From NCBI RefSeq assembly GCF_039654945.1, contig NW_027361891.1:4278001-4342000 (forward strand): DNA of 64,000 nucleotides. The letters run 5' to 3'. Shown in pieces: positions 1 to 11,799 of this stretch. The position numbers were made by a program, and so were the translations under genes. Position 1 is the stretch's first letter; every line of letters begins with the position of its first letter. This stretch comes from Dendrobates tinctorius (Eukaryota). The notes beneath the pieces are model-generated. The model had not been told where the DNA came from and ran no database searches. It saw only the letters and a list, made by a program, of their open reading frames with translations.

Positions 1-895
1 AGTTAACTGTCTGAGCTGCTGTAGGCTTTACCCGGCGTCTGTAAGAAAGAATAAGTAAGTTCCGAAAGATAAGGAGCTTAGGCATTGTGGTAGCTCGAAG
101 GCCCTTAGGACAGACTAGAACTTATAAACTACTATTGGCCAAACATTAAAGATAGACTTAACACCTGCAGTAAAGATAGCCTGCGGACAGTACTGTAAAC
201 TGATCAGAAGGTGTGGCAAAAATTCCTGTGGGGCAACTCGCACATAGGGTCCAGAGCATGCCGCAGTAAAACCGCGACCATCCGTACCCGACACAAGAGT
301 GCCTGACCCACCTGAAGGTGGAGAATCAAGTTATGTTGCTACCGAGATCCGCTCTGTGGTACAGAGATCCACTCCGTTTGGACATGGTAGTGTCTACGTT
401 TAACTGTTAACAAACCACAGGTGTTATTAACAATGAAATATGCATCTGAAAGGTGTGTTTGACTCACCTGGACACAGCCTGTAACCGCAGCTGCAGCCCG
501 TCAGGAGCAATAAATGCTGGCACCTCACCACGAGTGGTGATTAGACGGGAGCTTAGGCAAAAGCTGCAAAAGACCAAGATGAACGCGAAAGAGGACGCTC
601 CTGACTCACTTGAAATGGGACAGAAGAGCCGGACCGGTGTAGTAGATGGACCTCGGGTATGTTTGAGTCACCAGAAAGACGGCATGTATTGACTAAACAT
701 GTCTGGTAGAGGTCTATCCAAGTGCTCGATAAGAGATATAATACTGCTGCAATAGAGCGCGAGGAACCTGAAGGCGAGAGCGTCTAACTCACTAGAATAC
801 GGTACAGAACACCAGTACCGCTGAAGCAGTCATCCCCAGACACGTCTCCACAGTAATACGGCCGTTTGAACTACTGTACCTGGAAGGTGGTGCTT

Positions 896-2560
896 CTGAT
901 AGGATTTTTACAGGATGAAAATGATGAAATGGTAAGACAGGATGTTGAGAAGGCTGAACTTTTAAATTCCTATTTTGCATCTGTTTTCTCTCAGAAAGGA
1001 AATGTAACATCAACTGTTATTCACTGTCCTATTAAGGGAATAGAAGAATCCAGGATATCTATAAACAGAAAGATAGTGAGGAAACACTTAGCTAACCTAA
1101 ATGTATTCAAGTCTCCAGGTCCAGATGAATTACACCCCAGAGTACTGAAGGAGATAGCAGAAGAAATTTTTGAACCCCTCTCCATAATCTTTGAAAATTC
1201 TTGGAGAACAGGAGAAGTGCCAGAAGACTGGAGAAGAGCAAATGTTGTTCCTATCTTCAAAAAGGGGAAGAAGGTGGACCCAGGCAACTATAGGCCGGTG
1301 AGTCTGACTTCTATACCAGGAAAGATCTTTGAACAAATTATTAAACAACATGTATGTCAATACCTGGATAAGACTGAAGTGATTAAACAGAGTCAGCATG
1401 GGTTTGTAACTAATAAGTCATGTCAGACTAATTTAAGTTCCTTCTATGATGGTATTACTGATTGGGTGGATCAAGGAAATGCTGTAGATATAGTATATCT
1501 TGACTTCAGCAAAGCATTTGACAAAGTCTCTCATACAATCCTTATTGGAAAAATGACTAAGTATGGAATGGACAAGGCAACTGTTAGGTGGATTCATAAC
1601 TGGCTTAGTGATCGGACCCAAAGAGTGGTCATAAATGGCTGCACATCCAGTTGGAAGAATGTCTCAAGTGGGGTACCACAGGGCTCTGTCCTGGGCCCTG
1701 TATTGTTCAACATCTTTATCAACGATTTAGATGAAGGAATTGAGGGTAAACTGATTAAATTTGCTGATGACACAAAGCTAGGAGGGATAGCTAATACTAG
1801 AGAAGAGAGAGAGAGGATTCAAAAAGATTTAAATAAACTGGAGAAGTGGGCAGCAACTAACAGAATGGTTTTTAACAGGGAGAAATGCAAAGTACTACAT
1901 CTGGGCAATAAAAATGAAAAAAGCATATATAGAATGGGAGGAATAGGGCTAAGTGACAGCACATGTGAAAAAGACTTGGGTATACTAATAGATCGCAGAC
2001 TGAATATGAGTCAACAGTGTGATGCAGCAGCAAAAAAGGCAAATGCAATTCTAGGATGTATTAACAGAAGCATACAGTCTAGATCACGTGAAGTAATTAT
2101 TTCCCTCTACTCCTCTTTGGTCAGACCTCATCTGGAATATTGTGTCCAATTTTGGGCACCACATTTTAAAAAAGACATCAACAAACTGGAGCAAGTTCAG
2201 AAAAGAGCGACCAGAATGGTGACCGGTCTGCAAACCCTGTCTTATGAGGAAAGGTTGCAGGATTTGGGAATGTTTAGTTTGCAAAAGAGAAGACTGAGAG
2301 GAGACTTAATAGCTGTCTACAAATATCTAAAGGGCTGTCACATTGTAGAAGGATCAACTTTATTCTCATTTGCACAAGGAAAGACTAGAAGCAATGGGAT
2401 GAAGCTGAATGGGAGGAGACACAGATTAGATATTAGAAAAAACTTTTTGACAGTTAGAGTGATCAATGAGTGGAACAGGCTGCCACGAGAAGTGGCGAGT
2501 TCTCCTTCAATGGAAGTCTTCAAACAGAGGCTGGACAGACATCTAACTGGGATGATTTAG
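896..2560 (+). CDS. CR1 ORF2 reverse transcriptase (endonuclease lost by 5' truncation)
   Basis: Motifs KSPGPD, YRPVSLTS, QHGF, YLDFSKAFD, SGVPQGSVLGP, FADD, EKDLG, RPHLEY, with no stop up to 2560. The ORF-track start at 866 lies in flanking DNA. Confidence 0.9.
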   Translation: MIGFLQDENDEMVRQDVEKAELLNSYFASVFSQKGNVTSTVIHCPIKGIEESRISINRKIVRKHLANLNVFKSPGPDELHPRVLKEIAEEIFEPLSIIFENSWRTGEVPEDWRRANVVPIFKKGKKVDPGNYRPVSLTSIPGKIFEQIIKQHVCQYLDKTEVIKQSQHGFVTNKSCQTNLSSFYDGITDWVDQGNAVDIVYLDFSKAFDKVSHTILIGKMTKYGMDKATVRWIHNWLSDRTQRVVINGCTSSWKNVSSGVPQGSVLGPVLFNIFINDLDEGIEGKLIKFADDTKLGGIANTREERERIQKDLNKLEKWAATNRMVFNREKCKVLHLGNKNEKSIYRMGGIGLSDSTCEKDLGILIDRRLNMSQQCDAAAKKANAILGCINRSIQSRSREVIISLYSSLVRPHLEYCVQFWAPHFKKDINKLEQVQKRATRMVTGLQTLSYEERLQDLGMFSLQKRRLRGDLIAVYKYLKGCHIVEGSTLFSFAQGKTRSNGMKLNGRRHRLDIRKNFLTVRVINEWNRLPREVASSPSMEVFKQRLDRHLTGMI

Positions 2561-2640
2561 CGAATCCTGCTTTGAGCAGGGGGTTGGACCAGATGGCCCA
2601 GGAGGTCCCTTCCAACTCTACGATTCTATGATTCTATGAT
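896..2640 (+). mobile_element. CR1 LINE, 5'-truncated, young
   Basis: Uninterrupted RT-containing ORF2 remnant. 3' end gggttggaccagatgg...gtcccttccaactcta followed by GATTCTAT-type octamer repeats typical of CR1. Candidate TSD (t)gctt at 891-895 and 2640-2644. Confidence 0.95.
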
Positions 2641-2738
2641 GCTTGTATAGCAGATATAGCACAGCTGCCATCGGCTCTAAGTATCCTGTGAACAAATCAG
2701 CGTGGAGAGAACCCGGAGAAGGGAATAGGAGACAGCCA

Positions 2739-2962
2739 TTTCTGTGTTGCGGTGCAGTCAAGGTCTGGATACCTGATGACATTAGGTAGAATAACATCTT
2801 CTGTGGGGCGGTCAAGGACTGGGTACCTGACGGCATTAGGCAGAATAACGGCTTCTGTGTAGCGGTCTAGGTCTGAATACCTGACGGCATTAGGCAGAAT
2901 AACGGCTTCTGTGTTGCGGTCTAGGTCTGGATACCTGACGACATTAGGTAGAATAACTGCTT
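2739..2962. repeat. Minisatellite, ~54-bp unit x4
   Basis: Unit ttctgtgtagcggtctaggtctgaatacctgacggcattaggcagaataacggc, repeated head-to-tail with substitutions. Confidence 0.9.
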
Positions 2963-3891
2963 CACGTGTAGTAAGCCGTACTACGAAGACTGTAGTAAAG
3001 TAGATTCTGACCAGTCAATTCTTCTGACGGTAGAACATTAGGCCTAGGATCAGAAAGAGACTAACTGCACTCTCTGTTGTGTGCTATGGTTCCAACCTCT
3101 GGACCAGCGAGTTGTGGTCAGCTTCTTTATCCACTGAACCACAGTAGACAATTGCCAGGTAGCACGAACTTCTATCCAGCTGGAAGGCCAGCCCAAACAC
3201 TGCAGACGTGAAGAGATAGAAGCAGCTCATTATTCTGCTTAGGGCAGTGTGAAGCCAGCGTCCGGAGGGGGCTGCAGAAAAAAGGAAGGGCGAGTGCCTG
3301 TGAGCAGTAGATATGGGAGCAGATGCTATGGCTCCAGCACCTTTATGTGTGAAGCAATGGTTGAGTGTTGCTCTGCTGAAATCAAGGCACATATCTGCAA
3401 TGGCCAAAAACACAACAGCCGTGTGACAAAATCAGATCTCCGATGAAAAAAAAAGATGGATTTTTGGTTCTTACCGTAAAATCTCTTTCTTGGAGCCTTC
3501 ATTGGGGGACACAGAATACCATGGGTGTATGCTGCTGCTGCTAGGAGGCTGACACTATGCAAAAACAGAAAATTAGCTCCTCCCCGGCAGTATACACCCA
3601 CCGACAGGCACCAAGCACCTCAGTTGGTGAAAAAGCAGTAGGAGAAGCAACGAGAAAAACTCGAAACATATGTACCAACCCAACAAGGGACTCTTAAGAC
3701 CCAACACGGTACAACTTAAACAGGGAGGGTGCTGTGTCCCCCAATGAAGGCTCCAAGAAAGAGATTTTACGGTAAGAACCAAAAATCCATCTTTCTTTAT
3801 CGCCTTATTGGGGGACACAGAATACCATGGGACGTCCCAAAGCAGTCCCAAGGGTGGGAACAGCAAAAAGGAACGAAAGTAACCGAAAGGC

Positions 3892-4941
3892 TCAGGTCGG
3901 CCGGTGCGCCACCGCCGCCTGCAGAGCCTTCCTACCAACCACAGCATCAGACGAAGCCTGGGTATGAACCCTGTAGAACCTCGTGAAGGTGTGCAAAGAT
4001 GACCAGGTTGCAGCCTTGCAAATTTGCATGGCCGAGGCCTGGTGACGAGCAGCCCACGAAGCCGCCACAGCCCGGGTGGAGTGAGCTCTTACTCCCGGAG
4101 GGGGCCGCTTTTCCTGAAGACGATACGCTTCCAGAATGGTAGAACGAATCCAGCGAGCGATCGTGGATTTGGAAGCCGGAAGGCCCTTCTGACGACCTTC
4201 AGAGATGATCAGCAAGGAATCGGACAGACGAAAGGAAGAGGTCCTGGCAAGATAGACACGCAGGGCTCTAACTACGTCCAGTTTGTGGAGAGACTTCTCA
4301 AGAGGATGAGACGGAGCCGGACAAAAAGAAGGAAGGACGATATCCTCATTGATATGGAAAGCGGAAACCACCTTTGGAAGAAAAGAAGGAACGGGCCTGA
4401 GGACGGCTTTGTCCTGATGGAGAATGAGGTAAGGGGAACGACATGACAAGGCCGCCAATTCAGAAACCCTTCTGATGGATGAAATGGCGATCAAAAAGGT
4501 GACCTTCCAAGAGAGAAGGGACAAAGGGATGTCCTGGAGAGGCTCGAACGGCGCCTTCTGGAGAGCGCCAAGAACGAGGTTGAGATCCCACGGATCTATT
4601 GGCGAATGATGAGGAGGAGCCACGTGGGAAACCCCTTGCAGAAAAGTTTTGACCTGTGGTAGAGAAGCTAGCTCTCTTTGGAAGAGGATAGAGAGAGAGG
4701 AAACTTGGCCCTTGAGCGTACTGAGGGACAGACCCGCGTCCAACCCAGACTGAAGAAACCCAAGGATAGATGGGATAGAAAAGGACATTGGGAAGACTCC
4801 TTTATCATCACACCAACGGAAAAAAGCCTTCCAGTACCTATAGTAAATGCGGGAAGAAGCTGGTTTCCTGGCTCTGATCATAGTTTGAATAACCTGACTG
4901 GACAGACCTGATTCCTTCAGAATTGCGGTCTCAACGGCCAT
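3892..4941 (-). CDS. DIRS-A tyrosine recombinase domain
   Basis: RRVSEL (catalytic R), HSTR (HxxR), ATWSS.HTF.RFY (W and Y). Frame open from GMAVET to the stop. Confidence 0.9.
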   Translation of the reverse strand: MAVETAILKESGLSSQVIQTMIRARKPASSRIYYRYWKAFFRWCDDKGVFPMSFSIPSILGFLQSGLDAGLSLSTLKGQVSSLSILFQRELASLPQVKTFLQGVSHVAPPHHSPIDPWDLNLVLGALQKAPFEPLQDIPLSLLSWKVTFLIAISSIRRVSELAALSCRSPYLILHQDKAVLRPVPSFLPKVVSAFHINEDIVLPSFCPAPSHPLEKSLHKLDVVRALRVYLARTSSFRLSDSLLIISEGRQKGLPASKSTIARWIRSTILEAYRLQEKRPPPGVRAHSTRAVAASWAARHQASAMQICKAATWSSLHTFTRFYRVHTQASSDAVVGRKALQAAVAHRPT

Positions 4942-6783
4942 GCCGTCAAACTCAGAGACTGAGAATTCTCGTGGTAAAGGGGGCCTTGCGAGAGAAGGTC
5001 TGGACGGTCCGGAAGCCTCCAGGGAACGTCCGCAAGCATGTTGACGAGTTCCACGTACCAAGGCCGTCTTGGCCAATCTGGAGCGACTAGAATCACTGGT
5101 ACGCCTTCCGATTTTATCTTTTTGACCACCCGAGGGATCAATGCCAGAGGCGGGAACAGATACGGAAGTTGAAACTGGGACCACGGAGTCACCAGTGCGT
5201 CGCATGCGACGGCTAGAGGGTCCCTGGACCTGGCTACGAACTGCGGCACCTTGTGGTTCATCCGAGAAGCCATGAGATCGACATCCGTGGTGCCCCAACG
5301 GTCGCATATCTGAGAGAAAACCGCGGGGTGCAGGGACCATTCGCCGGACGCTAGGCCCTGGCGACTCAGAAAGTCGGCTGCCCAATTTTCCACCCCTGGA
5401 ATATGGACGGCGGAGATTGTCAGAACGTAACGTTCTGCCCAGCGTAATATCTTGGCCACTTCTGACATTACTTGTTTGCTGCGCGTGCCCCCCTGATGGT
5501 TTATGTACGCCACGGCCGTGGCGTTGTCCGACTGAATACGGACCGGCTTGCCGGAGAGGAGGGGTTGCCAATAAAGAAGGGCCAGGAAAATTGCCCTGAT
5601 CTCCAAAAGATTGATTGGAAGGAGAGACTCCTGCGGCATCCAGCGGCCTTGGGCCACTTTCTGATGGAACACGGCTCCCCATCCTAGGAGGCTCGCATCG
5701 GTGGTGATGATTTGCCACTGAGGCGGAAGAAAGGACCTCCCTTGGAGAACTGACGCTGGCCGTAGCCACCAAGCGAGAGACTGCCTCACTCTGAGAGGAA
5801 GCCGAATAGGACGGTCCAAGGACATCGTGGTCTTGTCCCAGGCTGAAAGCAGAGACAGCTGGAGGGGGCGAAGGTGAAACTGGGCAAAGGGCACTGCTTC
5901 CATGGAGGCCACCATCTTCCCCAGGACCTTCATGCAGAACCGAATGGGAATGGGAGCAGGCCTCTTGAGAGTTCTGATGCCCTTGGACAGAGTTGTAAAT
6001 TTTTCCTTTGGAAGAAAAACACGGACTAGCTCCGTGTCGAATTCCATACCCAGAAAGGTCAGACGCTGGGTGGGGATCAGAATGGACTTCTCCTTGTTGA
6101 CCAGCCAACCTAGGCGGCTGAGAGTGTCCAGGGTTATCTGAAGGCTCTGGAGACAGTCCTGGCGAGACGAACCCTTGATCAAAAGATCGTCCAGATAAGG
6201 GATGATGAGGATCCCTCTGGAGCGAAGGATGGCCATGACGGTCGCCATCACCTTCGTGAAAACCCGGTCTCCCTGAAACGCAAATCGAAGATACTTCTGA
6301 TGTTGCACACGTATTGGAATGTGCAGATAGGCATCCCGAATGTCCACCGAGCAGAGAAATTCCCCGGGCTCCATGGAAGCAAGCAATCACCGACCGAAGA
6401 GACTCCATCCTGAAATGAAGAATCTTCACGTGGCGATTGAGCAATTTGAGGTCCAGAATAGGACGAAGAGAGCCGTCTTTCTTCGGGACTACAAAGAGAT
6501 TGGAGTAGAACCCGGAAAACCGTTCGTCTGAGGGAACGGGAACAAAGACTCCGGCGGAAAGGAGGGAGGAAATGGCCTGCATAAAACCCGGAACCTGGGC
6601 CCGCTGTCGCGGAGGCCGAGACCGGAAAAACCGTCTGTTCGGGAGTGAAGCAAATTCGATTTTGTAACTGGATGCGACGAGTTCTCTGACCCAAGCGTCG
6701 TCTACAACGGACAGCCAAGCATCCGCGAAAAAGGAAAGTCTGCCGCCCACCCTGGAAGAAATTCCAGGTGGGGGTGACCCGTC
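4917..6783 (-). pseudogene. DIRS-A pol (RT, RNase H, adenine-methyltransferase-like)
   Basis: Motifs VGGRL, RPILDLK, DIRDAY, YLDD, TTDASLLGWG, SDNATA, DLMAS, YLFPP, PDWPRRPW. A 4-bp duplication (aagcaagc near 6377-6384) shifts the frame, and the LPFGL motif is deleted (FQGD|RVFTK). Confidence 0.88.
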
Positions 6784-8271
6784 ACTTAGACGAAAATCTG
6801 CCGGAATTGGCTCCTGCAGATCTGGAATATTGTCCTCTAGATCTCCAGCGAGGAGCGGGTTTGTAGGAAGGTTTCCTCTGATCCCGCTCCCTGGTGGCAG
6901 GCGGCCGATCCTGTTGAGTGGCTCTCTCCGTGGCAGGGAAGGGACGAAAGGGCCTGAATGGTCGAAACCCCCTTCTGTTGAAGGGACGTTTTGGTCGAGA
7001 CTGGGGGAGCGAAGTACTTTTACCTCCAGTGGCATCGGAAATTATCTGATCCAGCTTTGCTCCAAAGAGCCTAGAGCCATGGAACGGCAGATTGGTAAGC
7101 GACTTTTTCGAAGTAGTGTCCGCATTCCATGACTTTAGCCAAAGGACTCGGCGTACAGCTACTATGTTGCTGTTAGCCCTTGCTACGCAGCCGGCCGCGT
7201 CCAAGGAGGCGGCCAAAAGGTATTTTCCCGCCTGGTTAATCTGATCTGCAAGATGTGCCACCTCGTCTTGAGGAGCTGACGCTAAGATGCCTCTGCGAAG
7301 AATTTTGGCCCAAGCGGAAATGACCTTCGCCACCCAGGCGGATGCGAAAATAGGGCAGAGAGAGGCGCCAGATGCCTCAAAGATAGACTTAGCCAGAGAT
7401 TCAATCTGCCTGTCAGTAGGATCTTTGAGCGATGCCCCGTCGGGCAGCGAGAGCACCGTTTTAGAGGCTATCCGGATACTGGAGGATCTACCTCTGGAGC
7501 CTTGGACTACTTAGAGAGCAGTTCTGCGTCAAAGGGATACAGAACGTCCAAGTACTTGCGGCCTGAGAAACGTTGCTCAGGGCGCTCCCAGTGTTTGGAT
7601 AAGGTAGTATCGAAATCGTTGTGATTGGGAAATGTTCGAGACGGAGGTCTGGCTCGTCTAAGGAGAACCGAGCTTTCCTGAGCTGGAGCCTCATCCTGTT
7701 TAAGCTGTAGTGTTTGGAAGATAGCTGCAAGAAGACTATCGACCATGTCCCGCGTTTTAGAAACGCTGCTCCCCTCTGAGCTAGCTTCCGAATGAGAATC
7801 ATCGCCTGACTGAAGGCTGTCCTCCGAGGAAGGAGGAGGCGGCCTGGGAGCGGAAGGGCCCTGCGAGCTCAAAGACGAAGTGGACAGAGCCCGCTTCCGA
7901 GAAGTCCTTCCCTGTCTGTCTCTCTGAAGGTCGCGGTCAGGTGCGGACGACTCACCCCGAGAGGTGGTCGGGGCAGAGGTGGCTGAGGATAGCTGAGGTA
8001 ACCGTTCTAAGACCTGGACCAGCGACTGTGATACTTTTGTCAAGTCAGAAACAGACTGTGACATTGTAACGGCCCACTCCGGGGGGAGAGAGGAGGGAAG
8101 AGCGCCCTCCGCCCGGGATTCTGTGCGTTCCTGAGATGCTGACATATTGGAAGGACTGCAGGGGGGGCAGAATGGGGACGACTGACCCGATGCCCACTTC
8201 TTTTTACAGCGCGCACAGGCGTAATAGGTAGCGGTGGGCCTGAAGCAGAGATCCCCTGAAGGGTTGGGCAT
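6782..8271 (-). pseudogene. DIRS-A ORF1 (gag-like), frameshifted
   Basis: Split into ORFs 7507-8271 (N-terminal CARC...CPPC) and 6782-7456 (DPTDRQIE, RRVLWLKSW, LPFHGSRLFG), homologous to the intact ORF1 of DIRS-C. Confidence 0.85.
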
Positions 8272-11200
8272 AAGTGAACTGCACTGAATGGCCGCAGAAA
8301 TTAGGGAATAACTGCCGAGGAGAGCTAATCCCTGTCCCAGAGCCGAGCCTACCGAGATTCTGTGAGCAGCAGAAGAAACGCCAAAGTGTCCCCCAAGCAG
8401 CGCAGGAAGGAGTGAACAACCAGGAAATCCTTGTGCTGGAAGATGGGGGGCGGAGCTTAGCGGCTGCGCCGTGATTGGCTACCAGCGACGGAGGGGGCAT
8501 GACAGAGAGGGGAGGCTGGCATTCCAAAGAGAAAGAAGCCCTGTGATGGGCTAGAAAAGGCGCGCTGAAAGAGCGCGCTGAGGAACGGAGGAGGGAGCAG
8601 AGAAATTCCCCTGGCTGAGGGGAAAGTGAAAGTGAAAGTGACGGCGCCCGCGCCGGCGCTGCAACCCCTTGCCCACCCCGACATACCGCGCTCAGGAAGT
8701 AATATGAAGCGGTCCCCTGCTTGCGACGCTGCTGCGGTGAGTGAAGGGATCCGCAGCGTCTCCCTGACTAGAAGAGGGGAAGGGATAGTGTCCGCATTCC
8801 ATTGTGTGAGCGCGCGGCAGGCAGAAAGGGCGGGAGATTCAAAAACAGTGGACCTGTAATCCCAAGGTCCAACTTCTCCCATGCACTGGAGCTTATGCGG
8901 GGGCCGGAGGGAACGTACAGGCACTTACCTGACGTCCCTGAAGAGGATGACCACAGGGGCCCACGGGGAAACGGCAGGCCGCTGGGAGGGGAAGGAGTCC
9001 TCTGTACCCGCATCCTGCAGAAGACGGCTTGAACCACCTGCGATCGCCGTCTTCCTCTCAGCCCTGTCCCGAGAGAGGGGTGAGGAGGGGGATTCGGCAA
9101 GGACCAGCCACCTGTCCACAACCCTTATCACCGGAAGGTGATAGGGAAAAGTCCTGCCTGCGGTACTGAGAGTTGCGATGTGGATGACACCACACTGCTC
9201 GCTCAGCCGCATGATATAGGAAATCAGGGTGATAAGTATACCCTGTTTCCCAACGGAAAAACCTAAAAGATAAAAGAAGAAAAGATTAAAAAGTTCAAAC
9301 TAAACCCTGAAAGGAAAAATTGGATTAATAACTGCGGATCTGGGGAGATCCCGGTCCGCCTCCTACAGACACTAAGCACAAACTGAGGTGCTTGGTGCCT
9401 GTCGGTGGGTGTATACTGCCGGGGAGGAGCTAATTTTCTGTTTTTGCATAGTGTCAGCCTCCTAGCAGCAGCAGCATACACCCATGGTATTCTGTGTCCC
9501 CCAATAAGGCGATAAAGAAACAAAACATGCGAGTGAAACCCCTCTACCAGGCCAACGCCATGCGGCAAATACAGAAGACAGCAGCGTGGCTCTCTCCAGG
9601 AGAATACATAATTCTAGAGTACTATTACGTCAGTGACTGTACAGTTCAAGAGTACAATTACTTCAGAGAATGTATGGCTCCAGAAAACCATTACGTTAGC
9701 GACTGTACTGCTCCAGGGACTGTACGACTATAGCACATTTCACATGAGACGCAATAGCTAAGATGGATCCTCTGCTCCATCACTGGACCTGCGGAAAGTG
9801 TGGCCCTGCTTAATTTTACTATGAGGGGCTTATACTCCGCATTGTATCTGATTCGGCTGAAGGGAGATAGGCAGGAAACAGCTGGTCCTGTCCGGTGAAG
9901 GCACTAACCGTGTCCCACGCTGGGAGAATACGACCGCTGTGGTGGATGCCGCCGCAGGGAGAATGCCGAGGTCCAGGAAGACATATCTCATTTTGCAAGT
10001 GAGAGAAGAGGAGCAAAACTGAGCGGTGACTAGGACCGCGCTGCTCGCAGGCAGGACAGAGTCATTACCGGTGTGCTCACACCAATATGGCCGCTCAGGG
10101 CCACCACCTACCTGCCTTAGACAAGGGCGCGCTGTGCACAACTCTACCATGCACAGCCCGAACGGGAGCGGAGCCAACGTCAGCTCTGGGGACAGAAAGA
10201 TGGCGGCGAAGGATATTCTCTCTGCGCCGCAAGGGAGGCCGAACGGAGGGCGGAGCTTGCGCTGTGTGCAGGGAGCGGCTGAGGGAAGACAGGCGGGAAA
10301 ACAGCCCGCCCGAAACGAGAGGACGGGGGGCGGGGCTACCGAGGACTAGGCCGCAATTGAAGCCGGGGCCTAGATTAGACCCAGGAGACCGCCGACAAAG
10401 GGGGGGGCGGCATGGAAAATTCTGGAGTTATCACCTGGATCCTACCAGAAAGGTAGTCGGGTGCGGGGGGAAGCGGTGGGGCGGGAGACCCGCGCTGAGG
10501 AGAGCAGGCTGCTGCCCACCTTCGCCTATTCTGCTGAATAGGGTACCAGCTGGGGGAAGCCTGAAACACACAGCACTCGGCCAGTGGTGGTGAGAGCTAC
10601 CTAGGGGATTTCCTCTTCTTTACCTATCTTCTTATGTGGTGTTTACCTCTTCTCCCTGTGGTGTCAGATGTCTCGAAACATGTTGCAGGACGTGACATCT
10701 CATCCAACTAACAGGCTCTGGTGGGTGAGTAGTTGGGAGACGAAGGGCCAGGACCAGGTCTGGATCACCTAAGCACGCTTCTGTGCTAGGGGTTTGGGTC
10801 CTGCCAGCTAGACGTATAAGGATATGGGGTGGCAGTACACGCCGTACTCATAGACTCTTTGTGGGAGTACAGTTGTGACCTTTCACACTGTATGCCTCCT
10901 GGTACCTTTAATGGAACAACGCACATTGAGGTAGATAAGGGTCTAATGAAAGACCCGTGTCCACCTCCTACTGACACTAAGCTAAACTGAACATCCCACT
11001 TCCTGTCGGTAGGGTGTACACTGCGGAGGAGGAGCTAACTTTTTTTCTGCATAGTGTCAGCCACCTAGTGGCAGCAGCATACACCCATGGTTTCCTGTGT
11101 CCCCCAATGAAGCGATAGAGAAATATTATATACAGTAATATTACCATTTTGTTCATTCCATTTCCATTACATAAAATTAATTAAAAAATGATCACAAAGA

Positions 11201-11371
11201 CGCATGCACTCCAAAATGGTACCAATAAAAAGAAGAGTATGGATGGAAGCTAAAAAGGACATAATTACAGGGATATTCCCTTGGAGACCCCACTGTGTCA
11301 TAACTTTGGACTACACCATTTTGAATTAATCCAGAATTTTGAACTGTGGGGGGAGAGCGGTATATTAACAA

Positions 11372-11777
11372 TTAAAGGAAACCTGCCAGCAGATTGTGAC
11401 TGCCTGCAGAAGTTTTTTTTGAAAAAATTTTTTAGAATGTATATTTAAAATATTTATTATGTAAACTAGGGGGCAGGTCACTGAGGGACCTGTCAGCAGT
11501 CTTCATTATGATGACCTAACCAGAGCACCACATGAACACCCCCCACAGGCCGCCCCGAAGTACGGGCATATCATTAACTAAAAACTGAAAATAAAGATTA
11601 AACAACAACCACAAGACGGATTTCATCACCCAGGTATCATTATACTCAGTATAACGGCGCTGATCTGACACCGTCTGTAGGTTACTGTGCACAATCCTGC
11701 TGACTGGCTCCCTTTAATGCTCCAAGGATGACATCCCTGGGTTACTGTGCACAATCCTGCTGACAGGTTCCCTTTAA
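11372..11777. mobile_element. TTAA-flanked MITE (T2/Kolobok-like), with a 60-bp tandem duplication of its right end
   Basis: ttaa-aggaaacctgccagcag ... ctgctgacaggttccct-ttaa; same family as 22151-22993. Confidence 0.75.
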
Positions 11778-11799
11778 TGCTCCAAGGATGAGTTTTCTG

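Larger units (their letters stand above)
3452..9520 (-). mobile_element. DIRS1-like retrotransposon, family A (near full length, defective)
   Basis: Inverted terminal repeats at about 3500-3625 and 9380-9520. Internal complementary region at about 3733-3830 joins copies of both ends through TTT. Carries ORF1, RT-RNaseH-MTase and YR. Ends at AAA/TTT with no TSD. Confidence 0.95.
1..11123 (-). mobile_element. Old, decayed or non-autonomous DIRS-derived element hosting the CR1 and DIRS-A insertions; continues past the window start
   Basis: 10760-11123 resembles the 5' end and ITR of DIRS-B (20160-20513) and ends in a typical DIRS terminus (...gtcccccaatgaagcgatagagaaa). Positions 1-895 hold short degenerate DIRS-like coding traces, e.g. 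LSDAYF near 435-453 on the minus strand. That 1-895, 2641-3451 and 9521-11123 form one element is inferred. Confidence 0.55.

Noticed and set aside
2739-2962. CRISPR-like array
   Set aside because: Contiguous tandem units with no unique spacers, in a vertebrate intron.
3892-7035. 1047-aa ORF as a novel protein
   Set aside because: Chimera of the pol N-terminus and the overlapping YR frame, created by a 4-bp duplication in a defective DIRS copy.
8400-10600. CpG-island promoter of a host gene
   Set aside because: The GC-rich stretches are DIRS 5' leaders, with equivalents at about 19500-20000, 34750-35500 and 50300-51050.
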